Shown here in pieces: positions 1-8,067 of a stretch of DNA of 32,000 bases. Source of the DNA: Alkalilimnicola ehrlichii MLHE-1 (lineage in GTDB: Bacteria; Pseudomonadota; Gammaproteobacteria; Nitrococcales; Halorhodospiraceae); the NCBI RefSeq assembly GCF_000014785.1, contig NC_008340.1, forward strand, positions 1,740,001 to 1,772,000. Direction: 5' to 3'. Made by a program: the position numbers and the translations under genes. The notes under the pieces are model-generated. The model was not told where the DNA came from and did no database searches. It saw nothing but the letters and a program-made list of their open reading frames with translations. Within the stretch, counting starts at the first letter, position 1. The number at the start of each line of letters is the position of its first letter.

Positions 1-139
1 CGGGACGGTTCCGGCGGTTGAGCTGGTTCTGGTATCGCCGGCCGGACTAATGTGGATCGGTGCGCCGCGGCCGGGTCCCCGGTTGCCGCACTGCTGTGGC
101 ACACTCCAGTCTGCACTTGGGTAAGGGAACATCGCGATT

Positions 140-745
140 ATGGATTCATCGGCATTACCGGCAGTACGGATTGGCCTGGTGTCCGTCAGTGACCGGGCCT
201 CCAGCGGTGCCTACGAGGACAAGGGGATCCCTGCACTGCGGCATTGGCTGGAGCAGGCGCTACGCAATCCGGTCGAATGGGAGACTCGGCTCATCCCGGA
301 CGACCAGCAGACCATCAGCGACACGCTGACTGAGCTCGTCGACCAATCGTGCTGCAATCTGGTGCTGACCAGCGGTGGAACCGGACCGGCGCCCCGGGAC
401 GTCACGCCGGAGGCGACCCTGGCGGTCTCGGACCGCGAGATGCCGGGCTTCGGAGAGCAAATGCGCCAGATCAGTCTCACCTTCGTGCCCACCGCCATCC
501 TGTCACGGCAGGTGGCCGTCATTCGGGGCCAGGCCCTAATCATCAACCTGCCAGGGCAGCCCAAGGCCATCGCGGAAACCTTGAGCGGCCTGCCCGACCA
601 TACCCCGCCGGTGCACGGCATATTCGCGGCGGTGCCCTATTGTGTCGAGCTGATCGGTGGCCCCTACATCGAGACCGATCCCGCGGTCTGCAAGGCCTTT
701 CGGCCCAAGTCAGCGCGCCGGGACAAACCCGACGCGCGTCGCTGA
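140..745 (+). CDS. mogA: molybdopterin adenylyltransferase MogA
   Basis: 201-aa ORF that is colinear with E. coli MogA as I remember it. Shared motifs: IGLVSVSDRASSG, DKGIPAL, LVLTSGGTGPAPRDVTPEAT, EMPGFGEQMRQISL, AILSRQ, LPGQPKA, AFRPKSARRD. Confidence 0.93.
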   Translation: MDSSALPAVRIGLVSVSDRASSGAYEDKGIPALRHWLEQALRNPVEWETRLIPDDQQTISDTLTELVDQSCCNLVLTSGGTGPAPRDVTPEATLAVSDREMPGFGEQMRQISLTFVPTAILSRQVAVIRGQALIINLPGQPKAIAETLSGLPDHTPPVHGIFAAVPYCVELIGGPYIETDPAVCKAFRPKSARRDKPDARR

Positions 746-869
746 AGGACGCCTCGGGGGAACCCGATCTGGCAATATCCAGTCCAACTAGGACAACCAC
801 CACGGCCAGTTTACAGAACCAGCCCCTCTCGAGAGGCTGGTGACCACGAGGCGATAAGCGAAGTGCTTT

Positions 870-1184
870 ATGGGACAGCGAACCATGCGAATTGAAATCC
901 CCGGCGACCTCACGTTCTCGGATCTGCACCTGACCCGGGAGTCGGACGGGTCGGTGAGTTTCGACTGGACCGTGATCGAGCAGATCTGCGAGGCCAACGA
1001 CATCGCCCCGGAGGAGTTTATGGACCCACCGGAGGAGAACCTGGCCAACTTACTCATGGGGTGGTACTACCGGCACCGTGCGCTTGGCGGTGAGAGCGAT
1101 CCGGTTGCCGAGAGCCTGGCGACGGAGGTGGCCATGGAGGAGTTGTCCGGGCGCACCATCAGCCATCCACCGGGTCACGCCTGA
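870..1184 (+). CDS. hypothetical protein (104 aa, acidic)
   Basis: Open frame with host-like GC, convergent with the hydrolase gene. No recognisable motif. Start is uncertain (alternative Met 5 codons in). Confidence 0.4.
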   Translation: MGQRTMRIEIPGDLTFSDLHLTRESDGSVSFDWTVIEQICEANDIAPEEFMDPPEENLANLLMGWYYRHRALGGESDPVAESLATEVAMEELSGRTISHPPGHA

Positions 1185-1198
1185 GCATGCGGGCCCAT

Positions 1199-1228
1199 GC
1201 CGTCGCTGCCCCCGGGGGCAGCGACGGC
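1199..1228. terminator. GC-rich perfect palindrome between convergent genes (putative bidirectional terminator)
   Basis: gccgtcgctgccccc / gggggcagcgacggc is a perfect 15+15 nt inverted repeat. It lies between the stop codons of 870..1184(+) and 1238..2125(-). There is no clear U-tract. Confidence 0.45.
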
Positions 1229-1237
1229 CGCGGCGCT

Positions 1238-2125
1238 TCAAGTCACAGCGTGGGTCGGCTCGGCGAGGACGGAATCGAGGAACGCCAGTAGCTCGGGCAA
1301 TTCGGCATCGAGATGCCGGCTGAGGTCATGATCACCGGGTAGCAGGTGCAGCACAGCCGGGGTATCACCGCGGCTGGCAAGTAGCCGTTCGGCATCGCAC
1401 AGCGGAACCACCTGATCATCACGTCCGTGCACGAGCAGCACCGGGCAGCGGACTCGCGGCAGGGTGGTGACCGGGGCAATGGCATCAAAGCGGTGGCCGA
1501 TCACACGCTCCACATAGCGCAACACGTACCAGCCCACCGGGAAAAACGGCAGCCCCTTGTCCGCCAACCAGCGGCGCATCATGTCATCCGGACTGGCAAA
1601 GGCCGAAAGGCTGACTACCGCGGAGATGTCACTGCGCCGCGACGCGGCCAGCAACACGGCCGCAGCGCCCACAGAATGCCCCAGCAGTGCCACCGGCGCC
1701 TTGGCCATTCCGGGACGGGCCCGCACCCACGCCAGCGCCGCCTCGGTGTCCTCGGCGAACCGGGGCATGGAGGAGAAGGCATCGCCCTCGCTGTCCCCGT
1801 GGTTGCGCGCGTCGAACAACAGCACGTTCCAACCCGCCGCCTGTAACCGCTTGCCCAGCGGCAGCATCAGCTCGCGATTGGCCCCCCATCCGTGGGTGAT
1901 GACCACTGTGCCAGGCCCTTGGCCGGGCAGCCACCAACCCACCAGCGTTCTGGCCCTGTACGTGGGGATGCGCACCGTTTCGCCCACCACACCATGGTCG
2001 GCAAGCCCTTGCGTTGGCGGCACCCGTGGTGCCGTCAGGCTGACCTGCAGCCGCCGGTGAAAGAGCTGCAACAGCGCCCCTGCGCCAACCACGCCACCCG
2101 CCACCGCTAGCCACCATCCCGACAT
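1238..2125 (-). CDS. alpha/beta-fold hydrolase with N-terminal membrane anchor
   Basis: 295 aa. Hydrophobic N-terminus (WWLAVAGGVVGAGALL), HGWGANRE oxyanion-type segment, nucleophile elbow GHSVG, and C-terminal VHGRDDQVVP ... GDHD acid/His region. Confidence 0.8.
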   Translation of the reverse strand: MSGWWLAVAGGVVGAGALLQLFHRRLQVSLTAPRVPPTQGLADHGVVGETVRIPTYRARTLVGWWLPGQGPGTVVITHGWGANRELMLPLGKRLQAAGWNVLLFDARNHGDSEGDAFSSMPRFAEDTEAALAWVRARPGMAKAPVALLGHSVGAAAVLLAASRRSDISAVVSLSAFASPDDMMRRWLADKGLPFFPVGWYVLRYVERVIGHRFDAIAPVTTLPRVRCPVLLVHGRDDQVVPLCDAERLLASRGDTPAVLHLLPGDHDLSRHLDAELPELLAFLDSVLAEPTHAVT

Positions 2126-2182
2126 GTTGCTCCCAAGGCCTGTTGGCCGTTTACCGATCTGGGCCGGGTCGTGTCCGGCAAC

Positions 2183-2220
2183 GAAAAAAGCCGCCCCCGG
2201 TCTCCCGTAGGCGGCTGTTT
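2183..2220 (-). terminator. rho-independent terminator downstream of the tRNA remnant
   Basis: Stem agccgcc (2189-2195) pairs with ggcggct (2210-2216). On the minus strand the hairpin is followed by UUUUUU (complement of aaaaaa at 2183-2188). It starts about 14 nt after the CCA end of the tRNA fragment. Confidence 0.6.
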
Positions 2221-2233
2221 TCGTTCGGTTTTA

Positions 2234-2278
2234 TGGTGGGCGGTGCTGGGATTGAACCAGCGACCCCTGCCGTGTGAA
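2234..2278 (-). pseudogene. 3' fragment of a tRNA-Val(CAC)-like gene, a likely att-site repeat marking the island boundary
   Basis: The minus strand reads TTCACAC-GGCAG-GGGTC-GCTGG-TTCAATC-CCAGC-ACCGCCC-A-CCA. In order, these are the anticodon loop, the 3' anticodon stem, a 5-nt variable loop, a perfect T-arm, the 3' acceptor strand, the discriminator and CCA. The required 5' acceptor strand (GGGCGGT), D-arm and 5' anticodon stem (CTGCC) are absent upstream (2279-2312). Confidence 0.75.
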
Positions 2279-2355
2279 CGCATCATGATTGCATGCACTA
2301 CTTTGCATTGCTCTGCAAAAACAACCGCTTCCCCGTGTGACCGCTGAAAGGCAGG

Positions 2356-2404
2356 GCACGTTCGTGCACGTTCATGTTACCATCATGGTCACATATTGGT
2401 CACA
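2356..2404. repeat. two pairs of short direct repeats in the att-proximal arm
   Basis: gcacgttc occurs at 2356-2363 and 2366-2373. tggtcaca occurs at 2386-2393 and 2397-2404. Both pairs have about 10-11 bp spacing and lie between the tRNA remnant and the IS end. Possible recombinase or regulator binding sites. Confidence 0.25.
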
Positions 2405-2456
2405 CGAACGACTACCGCCATGCCCGCCTGTCAATGGCCATTTATTCTGACCCCCC

Positions 2457-4064
2457 TGGGCATGCGGCGGTTTTCTTGGACTGTTTTTGGGAACTCCTCA
2501 TGCTCATGCGGCCAGTCCTAAGCGCTCTCGATACTCGAGCGGGCTCTGGCCTCCCAAGGACAGCTTAACCCTGTTTCGGTTGTGCCACCGGATATACTCG
2601 TCGAGCTCTTCGAAGAATTGCTCAAGTGTTATCCCGTGCCAGTCGCGTGGGTAGAAGAACTCGGTCTTGAGTCGCCCGAAGAAGCCCTCACAGGCGGCAT
2701 TGTCCGGCGAACAGCCTTTGCGCGACATCGACCGGATAAGGCCGACATCTTGGATGCGGGCAAGCCATCCGGGCCAGCGGTAATGAGCTCCTCTATCGCT
2801 GTGGATAATAGGTGTCTCGCCGTCCTCCAGCGTTGCTATGGCGTCATCAAGCATCGTGTTTACCAGGGTGGCATCGGGGCTTGTGCTTATAGTCCAGCTC
2901 ACCGCCAACCCATCGAAGCAGTCGATCACTGGAGAGAGGTAAACCTTGCCTGCAGGGATTTGGAACTCCGTGATATCCGTCAGCCACTTGCGGTTGGGCG
3001 CAGGGGCGCTGAAATCCCGATTGACCAGATTCTCGGGGGCCGGAGTGATTTCTCCGCGGTACGACCTGTACCGTCGACACTTGCGCCTTTGGACGATGAG
3101 CTGTTCCTCAGCCATAAGGCGCCGGACTACCTTCTCAGAGATCACGATGCCAAGTCGGTTGAGAGCAACCCGTATGCGCCGGTAACCGTAGCAGCGGTGG
3201 TTGGTCTCGAAGAGTTGGGTCGCGCTCACGCGAACGGTTGCATACTTGTCAGGTAGCTGGATCCTTGCCCGATGGTAGAAATAGGAACTGCGCGGCAGGC
3301 ACAGTTGCGACAAGATTTCCGAGAGCCGATAAGTCTGTCTCAGGGCGTCAACCAGCAGGGTCTTCTCCCTGTTCGTCAGGAGCCGGAGGTCGACGCCAAG
3401 ATCCTTTTTTATCAGGTCGTTCGCCTTCGCCAGAAGATCGTGCTCGAGCTGGAGTCGATGGACGCGCCTTTGCAGCTCTTTAACTTCCTGCTCCAGCGGC
3501 AACACCTCATCATCGCGTCGTTTCATCCGTGGATTGGCCTCATCACCAAGCAACTGGTCTGTCCACTTGTACAGAACCTGCCTGCTAACGCCCAGGTTTT
3601 TGGCAACCTTCGTGGCGGGATCTTGGCGGGAACACAGTTCAATGACCGCCTCACGTTTCGCCTCAGGTGAGAGCGGTGGACCTTTTGAGCTGCCGGCTGA
3701 GACCTGCCGCCGCCCGGGGTTCTGCTCCATGACCCACTCACGTAGAACGCCCACGCTTGGATAACCCAGGGCCTTTCGGGTCCTTGCGAGACAGCAACCA
3801 TGGCCCAGGTAGTGCTGCACAGCCTTTTGCTTCTGTTCCGGCGAGTACTTCGGCTTAGGAGCACTGCGCTCCGGCAGGTCCCCGGTTCTCATGTAGGCTT
3901 CATGCCAACGGCGCAGGTTTTTCTTCGAGGGGTAGCCGAGCTCTCGGACGGTGGCGGCGGCACTCCTGTGGTACTGGATGTAGAGCTTCACGGCTCTCAT
4001 CCGGTCTTCATACGAATACATGAACCACCTCCGATGTAGTCCAAGATTTCGTCCGCACCACCCC
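2457..4064 (-). mobile_element. IS3-family insertion sequence, copy A (1608 bp)
   Basis: Appears identical to the reverse complement of 6460-8067: the termini I aligned match, and every ORF translation in the track is identical between the copies. Outer end is TGGGCATGCGGCGG... Inner end is ...CCGCACCACCCC(A). The ends form imperfect terminal IRs (TGGGcaTGCGGcgg / TGGGgtgGTGCGGac). Confidence 0.85.
2504..4021 (-). CDS. IS3-family DDE transposase, single fused 505-aa ORF
   Basis: N-terminal HTH repeats and a leucine-zipper-like LQRRVHRLQLEHDLL. DDE region: WLTDITEF, IIHSDRGAHY, SPDNAACEGFFGRLKTE. Start taken at MYSYEDR, as in copy B. Confidence 0.85.
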   Translation of the reverse strand: MYSYEDRMRAVKLYIQYHRSAAATVRELGYPSKKNLRRWHEAYMRTGDLPERSAPKPKYSPEQKQKAVQHYLGHGCCLARTRKALGYPSVGVLREWVMEQNPGRRQVSAGSSKGPPLSPEAKREAVIELCSRQDPATKVAKNLGVSRQVLYKWTDQLLGDEANPRMKRRDDEVLPLEQEVKELQRRVHRLQLEHDLLAKANDLIKKDLGVDLRLLTNREKTLLVDALRQTYRLSEILSQLCLPRSSYFYHRARIQLPDKYATVRVSATQLFETNHRCYGYRRIRVALNRLGIVISEKVVRRLMAEEQLIVQRRKCRRYRSYRGEITPAPENLVNRDFSAPAPNRKWLTDITEFQIPAGKVYLSPVIDCFDGLAVSWTISTSPDATLVNTMLDDAIATLEDGETPIIHSDRGAHYRWPGWLARIQDVGLIRSMSRKGCSPDNAACEGFFGRLKTEFFYPRDWHGITLEQFFEELDEYIRWHNRNRVKLSLGGQSPLEYRERLGLAA

Positions 4065-4127
4065 ACTGGCCATCAGAACTGACCCACCCTTGGGGTGGCC
4101 ACTGGCCACGAGTAGACCGTACCGTCC

Positions 4128-5699
4128 ATGGCCACACGGGCTGGCGAGGACGGGGTATTGAAGGAGTGGGTCGTGATACACAAGATCAAGGCACTGTACG
4201 ACGAAGGCCGTGGGCTCTCAGTTCGGGCCATCAGCCGGGAGCTGGGCATCTCGCGCAACACGGTGCGCAAGTACCTGCGGGCGGACACCGAAGCGGTCGC
4301 AGCGGAGCGGGCCGATGGGCGCCGGGGCCGGCTGCTGGATGAGCACCGGGCTTACATGGAGTATTTGCTGCGCCGCTACCCGCAGCTCAGCGCCGTGAAG
4401 GTGGCGCGCAAGCTCCGGGACAAGGTCGGTGACCTGGCGGTCTCGGACCGCAGCCTGCGCCGGTATCTGCAGGAGCTGCGCGCCAGCGTCCAAGTGGCCC
4501 AGCCGCGCTACTACGAGCCGGTGCTGGACGTGGTGCCGGGCGTACAGTGCCAGGTGGACCCCGGTGAGTTGCGGGGCGTGGCCATCAGCGGCGTGGAGCG
4601 CACGGTCTACTTCGTGGTCTTCGTGCTCTCGTTCTCGCGGCTGATGCACGTTGCGGTGGCCTTCCGGCCCATCGACACGGCGCTGTTCATCCGCATGCAT
4701 GATGAGGCGCTGCGGGCCTTTGGCGGTACCCCGGAGGAGTGCGTCTACGACCAGACGAAGATGGTGGTCATCGCCGAGCAGTTCCGGGAGCTGACGGTCA
4801 ACGAGCGCTTCCATGAGTACGCCACCGGTGCGGGCTTTCGCATCCATGCCTGCCGGGGGTACGACCCGGAGAGCAAGGGCAAGGTGGAGGCCGGGGTGAA
4901 GTACGTTAAGCGCGATTGCCTGTACGGGGAGCGCTTTGCCGACGAGGCAGACGTCCGCGCCCACGTCCAGCAGTGGCTCGACCAAGTGGCCAATGTCCGC
5001 CGCCACGGCACCACCGGGCGTGAGCCCCGGGGGCACTTTGAGGCTGAAGAGCGGGCGCACCTACGGGCCTACCTCACCCCCTCGTGCTTGACCCAGGCGG
5101 CTGCGGCGCGCCAGACCCGCAAGGTGGACAAGACCGGGCTGATCGCCTGGCACTCGAACAAGTATTCGGTACCCATGCGCTACCAGCGTGGCCGGGTGGG
5201 CGTGCAGGCCGACGAGACCCAGCTTCACATCCTCGACCTGGAAAGCGGTGAGATCGTGGCCACCCATACACTGGCCACGGGCAAGGGCCAGACGGTGCGT
5301 AACACCGACCACTACCGGGATCGCCGACAGCAGATCGAGACCCTGGAGGCCGCCATTGGCGAACGCGTGGGCGAGCAGACCGGAGCCCGGCTGTGTGCCC
5401 GGTTGCGGGCCAGCAACCCGCGGATCTATCGCGACCAGGTGGCCGCCGTACACGCCCTGCTGGAGAGCGGGCCGCCCCCGGCACCCGGACTGGTCGAGGA
5501 CCTGGCCGGGCGCGAAGGGATGACCGCCACCCGCTTCAAGGCCCAACTGCAGGCGGCACACCGGGCCCAGGAGCGGGGCCGGGACCTCGAAGCGGATGCC
5601 GACGAGCCCGCCGTGGACGCGCAGGCACTGGCCCTGTCGGCCTACGCCCATCTTGGCCAGTCGGCCGGCCAGGAGGAGCTGACCCATGAGCCTGCTTGA
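4128..5699 (+). CDS. istA: IS21-family transposase IstA
   Basis: 523 aa. N-terminal HTH (IKALYDEGRGLSVRAISRELGISRNTVRKYL) followed by a DDE catalytic core region. Arrangement with istB is typical. The true start may be the internal GTG (VVIHKIK). Confidence 0.9.
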   Translation: MATRAGEDGVLKEWVVIHKIKALYDEGRGLSVRAISRELGISRNTVRKYLRADTEAVAAERADGRRGRLLDEHRAYMEYLLRRYPQLSAVKVARKLRDKVGDLAVSDRSLRRYLQELRASVQVAQPRYYEPVLDVVPGVQCQVDPGELRGVAISGVERTVYFVVFVLSFSRLMHVAVAFRPIDTALFIRMHDEALRAFGGTPEECVYDQTKMVVIAEQFRELTVNERFHEYATGAGFRIHACRGYDPESKGKVEAGVKYVKRDCLYGERFADEADVRAHVQQWLDQVANVRRHGTTGREPRGHFEAEERAHLRAYLTPSCLTQAAAARQTRKVDKTGLIAWHSNKYSVPMRYQRGRVGVQADETQLHILDLESGEIVATHTLATGKGQTVRNTDHYRDRRQQIETLEAAIGERVGEQTGARLCARLRASNPRIYRDQVAAVHALLESGPPPAPGLVEDLAGREGMTATRFKAQLQAAHRAQERGRDLEADADEPAVDAQALALSAYAHLGQSAGQEELTHEPA

Positions 5700-6426
5700 A
5701 CGGACCGCAACCCGTTACCGGGGCCTGCGCTGCAGTGCCATTGCCGCCGAGCTGCCGGATCTGCTGGCCCGGGCCGAGGACAACGCCATGTCTTATCTGG
5801 CCTTCGCTGACCTGCTCGCTGAGCAAGAGCAGCACAGCCGTGACCACAAGCGCCTGGCCGGGAACCGGAAACGGGCCAAGCTACCCGCGGACAAGCGTCT
5901 GGAGGCGTTCGACTACCGCCACCAGACCACCATCACCAAGCGCCAGGTCAACGCCCTGCTGGACTTCGGGTTCATCGACAACCGGGAGAACCTGGTCTTC
6001 ATCGGCCCGCCGGGCGTGGGTAAGACCCACCTGGCCATCGGCATCGCCAACAAGGCCCTGGATGCCGGTTACAAGGTGCTCTTTCGCAGCGCCCTGGAAC
6101 TGGTCGAGGAGCTGGAGATCGCCGAGATGAAGGGCGAGCTGAAGAAAAAACTCGCTCAACTGACCCGGTTCGACCTGCTGGTGATCGACGAGCTCGGCTA
6201 CCTGCCGATGAGCCGCCAGGCCCGGTACAACCTGTTCCAGTTGGTCCACAGCTTCTACGAGTACCGGTCACTGATCCTGACCACCAACAAGGACTTCACC
6301 GATTGGGGCGAGTTCTTCCACAACGACAACGTCGCCGTACCGATCATCGACCGGGTGATCCATCACTCGAACATCTTCATCCTCGGCGGGGAGAGCTACC
6401 GGCTCAAGCAAAAGACCACCGGTTGA
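5686..6426 (+). CDS. istB: IS21-family helper ATPase IstB
   Basis: 246 aa. Walker A GPPGVGKTHLA, Walker B LLVIDELGY. The start overlaps the end of istA. Confidence 0.92.
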   Translation: MSLLERTATRYRGLRCSAIAAELPDLLARAEDNAMSYLAFADLLAEQEQHSRDHKRLAGNRKRAKLPADKRLEAFDYRHQTTITKRQVNALLDFGFIDNRENLVFIGPPGVGKTHLAIGIANKALDAGYKVLFRSALELVEELEIAEMKGELKKKLAQLTRFDLLVIDELGYLPMSRQARYNLFQLVHSFYEYRSLILTTNKDFTDWGEFFHNDNVAVPIIDRVIHHSNIFILGGESYRLKQKTTG

Positions 6427-6459
6427 GCACCGACACCTGGGTCAATTCTGTTGGCCACA

Positions 6460-8067
6460 GGGGTGGTGCGGACGAAATCTTGGACTACATCGGAGGTGGT
6501 TCATGTATTCGTATGAAGACCGGATGAGAGCCGTGAAGCTCTACATCCAGTACCACAGGAGTGCCGCCGCCACCGTCCGAGAGCTCGGCTACCCCTCGAA
6601 GAAAAACCTGCGCCGTTGGCATGAAGCCTACATGAGAACCGGGGACCTGCCGGAGCGCAGTGCTCCTAAGCCGAAGTACTCGCCGGAACAGAAGCAAAAG
6701 GCTGTGCAGCACTACCTGGGCCATGGTTGCTGTCTCGCAAGGACCCGAAAGGCCCTGGGTTATCCAAGCGTGGGCGTTCTACGTGAGTGGGTCATGGAGC
6801 AGAACCCCGGGCGGCGGCAGGTCTCAGCCGGCAGCTCAAAAGGTCCACCGCTCTCACCTGAGGCGAAACGTGAGGCGGTCATTGAACTGTGTTCCCGCCA
6901 AGATCCCGCCACGAAGGTTGCCAAAAACCTGGGCGTTAGCAGGCAGGTTCTGTACAAGTGGACAGACCAGTTGCTTGGTGATGAGGCCAATCCACGGATG
7001 AAACGACGCGATGATGAGGTGTTGCCGCTGGAGCAGGAAGTTAAAGAGCTGCAAAGGCGCGTCCATCGACTCCAGCTCGAGCACGATCTTCTGGCGAAGG
7101 CGAACGACCTGATAAAAAAGGATCTTGGCGTCGACCTCCGGCTCCTGACGAACAGGGAGAAGACCCTGCTGGTTGACGCCCTGAGACAGACTTATCGGCT
7201 CTCGGAAATCTTGTCGCAACTGTGCCTGCCGCGCAGTTCCTATTTCTACCATCGGGCAAGGATCCAGCTACCTGACAAGTATGCAACCGTTCGCGTGAGC
7301 GCGACCCAACTCTTCGAGACCAACCACCGCTGCTACGGTTACCGGCGCATACGGGTTGCTCTCAACCGACTTGGCATCGTGATCTCTGAGAAGGTAGTCC
7401 GGCGCCTTATGGCTGAGGAACAGCTCATCGTCCAAAGGCGCAAGTGTCGACGGTACAGGTCGTACCGCGGAGAAATCACTCCGGCCCCCGAGAATCTGGT
7501 CAATCGGGATTTCAGCGCCCCTGCGCCCAACCGCAAGTGGCTGACGGATATCACGGAGTTCCAAATCCCTGCAGGCAAGGTTTACCTCTCTCCAGTGATC
7601 GACTGCTTCGATGGGTTGGCGGTGAGCTGGACTATAAGCACAAGCCCCGATGCCACCCTGGTAAACACGATGCTTGATGACGCCATAGCAACGCTGGAGG
7701 ACGGCGAGACACCTATTATCCACAGCGATAGAGGAGCTCATTACCGCTGGCCCGGATGGCTTGCCCGCATCCAAGATGTCGGCCTTATCCGGTCGATGTC
7801 GCGCAAAGGCTGTTCGCCGGACAATGCCGCCTGTGAGGGCTTCTTCGGGCGACTCAAGACCGAGTTCTTCTACCCACGCGACTGGCACGGGATAACACTT
7901 GAGCAATTCTTCGAAGAGCTCGACGAGTATATCCGGTGGCACAACCGAAACAGGGTTAAGCTGTCCTTGGGAGGCCAGAGCCCGCTCGAGTATCGAGAGC
8001 GCTTAGGACTGGCCGCATGAGCATGAGGAGTTCCCAAAAACAGTCCAAGAAAACCGCCGCATGCCCA
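6460..8067 (+). mobile_element. IS3-family insertion sequence, copy B (inverted duplicate of copy A)
   Basis: Appears identical to the reverse complement of 2457-4064 (aligned termini and identical ORF translations). It begins immediately after the IS21 terminal CA and ends ...CCGCATGCCCA at 8067. Confidence 0.85.
6503..8020 (+). CDS. IS3-family DDE transposase, single fused 505-aa ORF
   Basis: Identical protein to 2504..4021(-). An A6G heptamer lies in frame at 7114-7120. Confidence 0.85.
   Translation: MYSYEDRMRAVKLYIQYHRSAAATVRELGYPSKKNLRRWHEAYMRTGDLPERSAPKPKYSPEQKQKAVQHYLGHGCCLARTRKALGYPSVGVLREWVMEQNPGRRQVSAGSSKGPPLSPEAKREAVIELCSRQDPATKVAKNLGVSRQVLYKWTDQLLGDEANPRMKRRDDEVLPLEQEVKELQRRVHRLQLEHDLLAKANDLIKKDLGVDLRLLTNREKTLLVDALRQTYRLSEILSQLCLPRSSYFYHRARIQLPDKYATVRVSATQLFETNHRCYGYRRIRVALNRLGIVISEKVVRRLMAEEQLIVQRRKCRRYRSYRGEITPAPENLVNRDFSAPAPNRKWLTDITEFQIPAGKVYLSPVIDCFDGLAVSWTISTSPDATLVNTMLDDAIATLEDGETPIIHSDRGAHYRWPGWLARIQDVGLIRSMSRKGCSPDNAACEGFFGRLKTEFFYPRDWHGITLEQFFEELDEYIRWHNRNRVKLSLGGQSPLEYRERLGLAA

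Larger units (their letters stand above)
4065..6459 (+). mobile_element. IS21-family insertion sequence
   Basis: istA/istB pair with overlapping stop and start. Terminal IRs match at 18 of 22 positions: left aCTGGCCATCAGAACTGACCCA versus reverse complement of right TGTGGCCAACAGAATTGACCCA. Several subterminal TGGCCA repeats occur at 4067-4140. The right end finishes in CA at 6459. Confidence 0.85.

Noticed and set aside
1-139. A Moco riboswitch upstream of mogA.
   Set aside because: I could not recognise the conserved Moco-motif elements by eye. The leader is short and GC-rich. This would need an Rfam or Infernal scan to decide.
819-840. Hairpin ccagcc-N10-ggctgg downstream of mogA, considered as a terminator.
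   Set aside because: It has only a 6-bp stem, sits about 75 nt after the stop, and has no U-tract. This is not enough to call.
2234-2312. A complete tRNA gene, or a tmRNA.
   Set aside because: Only the 3' portion folds. The 5' acceptor strand GGGCGGT, the D-arm and the 5' anticodon stem are missing. The acceptor would have G3:C70 rather than the G3:U70 required for tmRNA or alanine identity. An alternative fold with a CAT anticodon needs an implausible 16-nt variable region.
2374-2568. 64-aa ORF (MLPSWSHIGH ... MAIYSDPP ...), considered as the missing integrase N-terminus. Also the idea that removing the IS nest restores the int frame.
   Set aside because: The ORF runs across the IS3 boundary at 2457. 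Joining 2456 to 8068 leaves one extra base, which is a frameshift, and could supply only 7-8 residues in any case.
2457-8067. A simple composite transposon insertion with target-site duplication, or an inversion between two independently inserted IS3 copies.
   Set aside because: The outer flanks (cccccc / aagcag) share no 3-4 bp repeat. The cross-comparison expected after inversion (outer-left versus reverse complement of inner-right, and inner-left versus outer-right) also shows no matching duplication.
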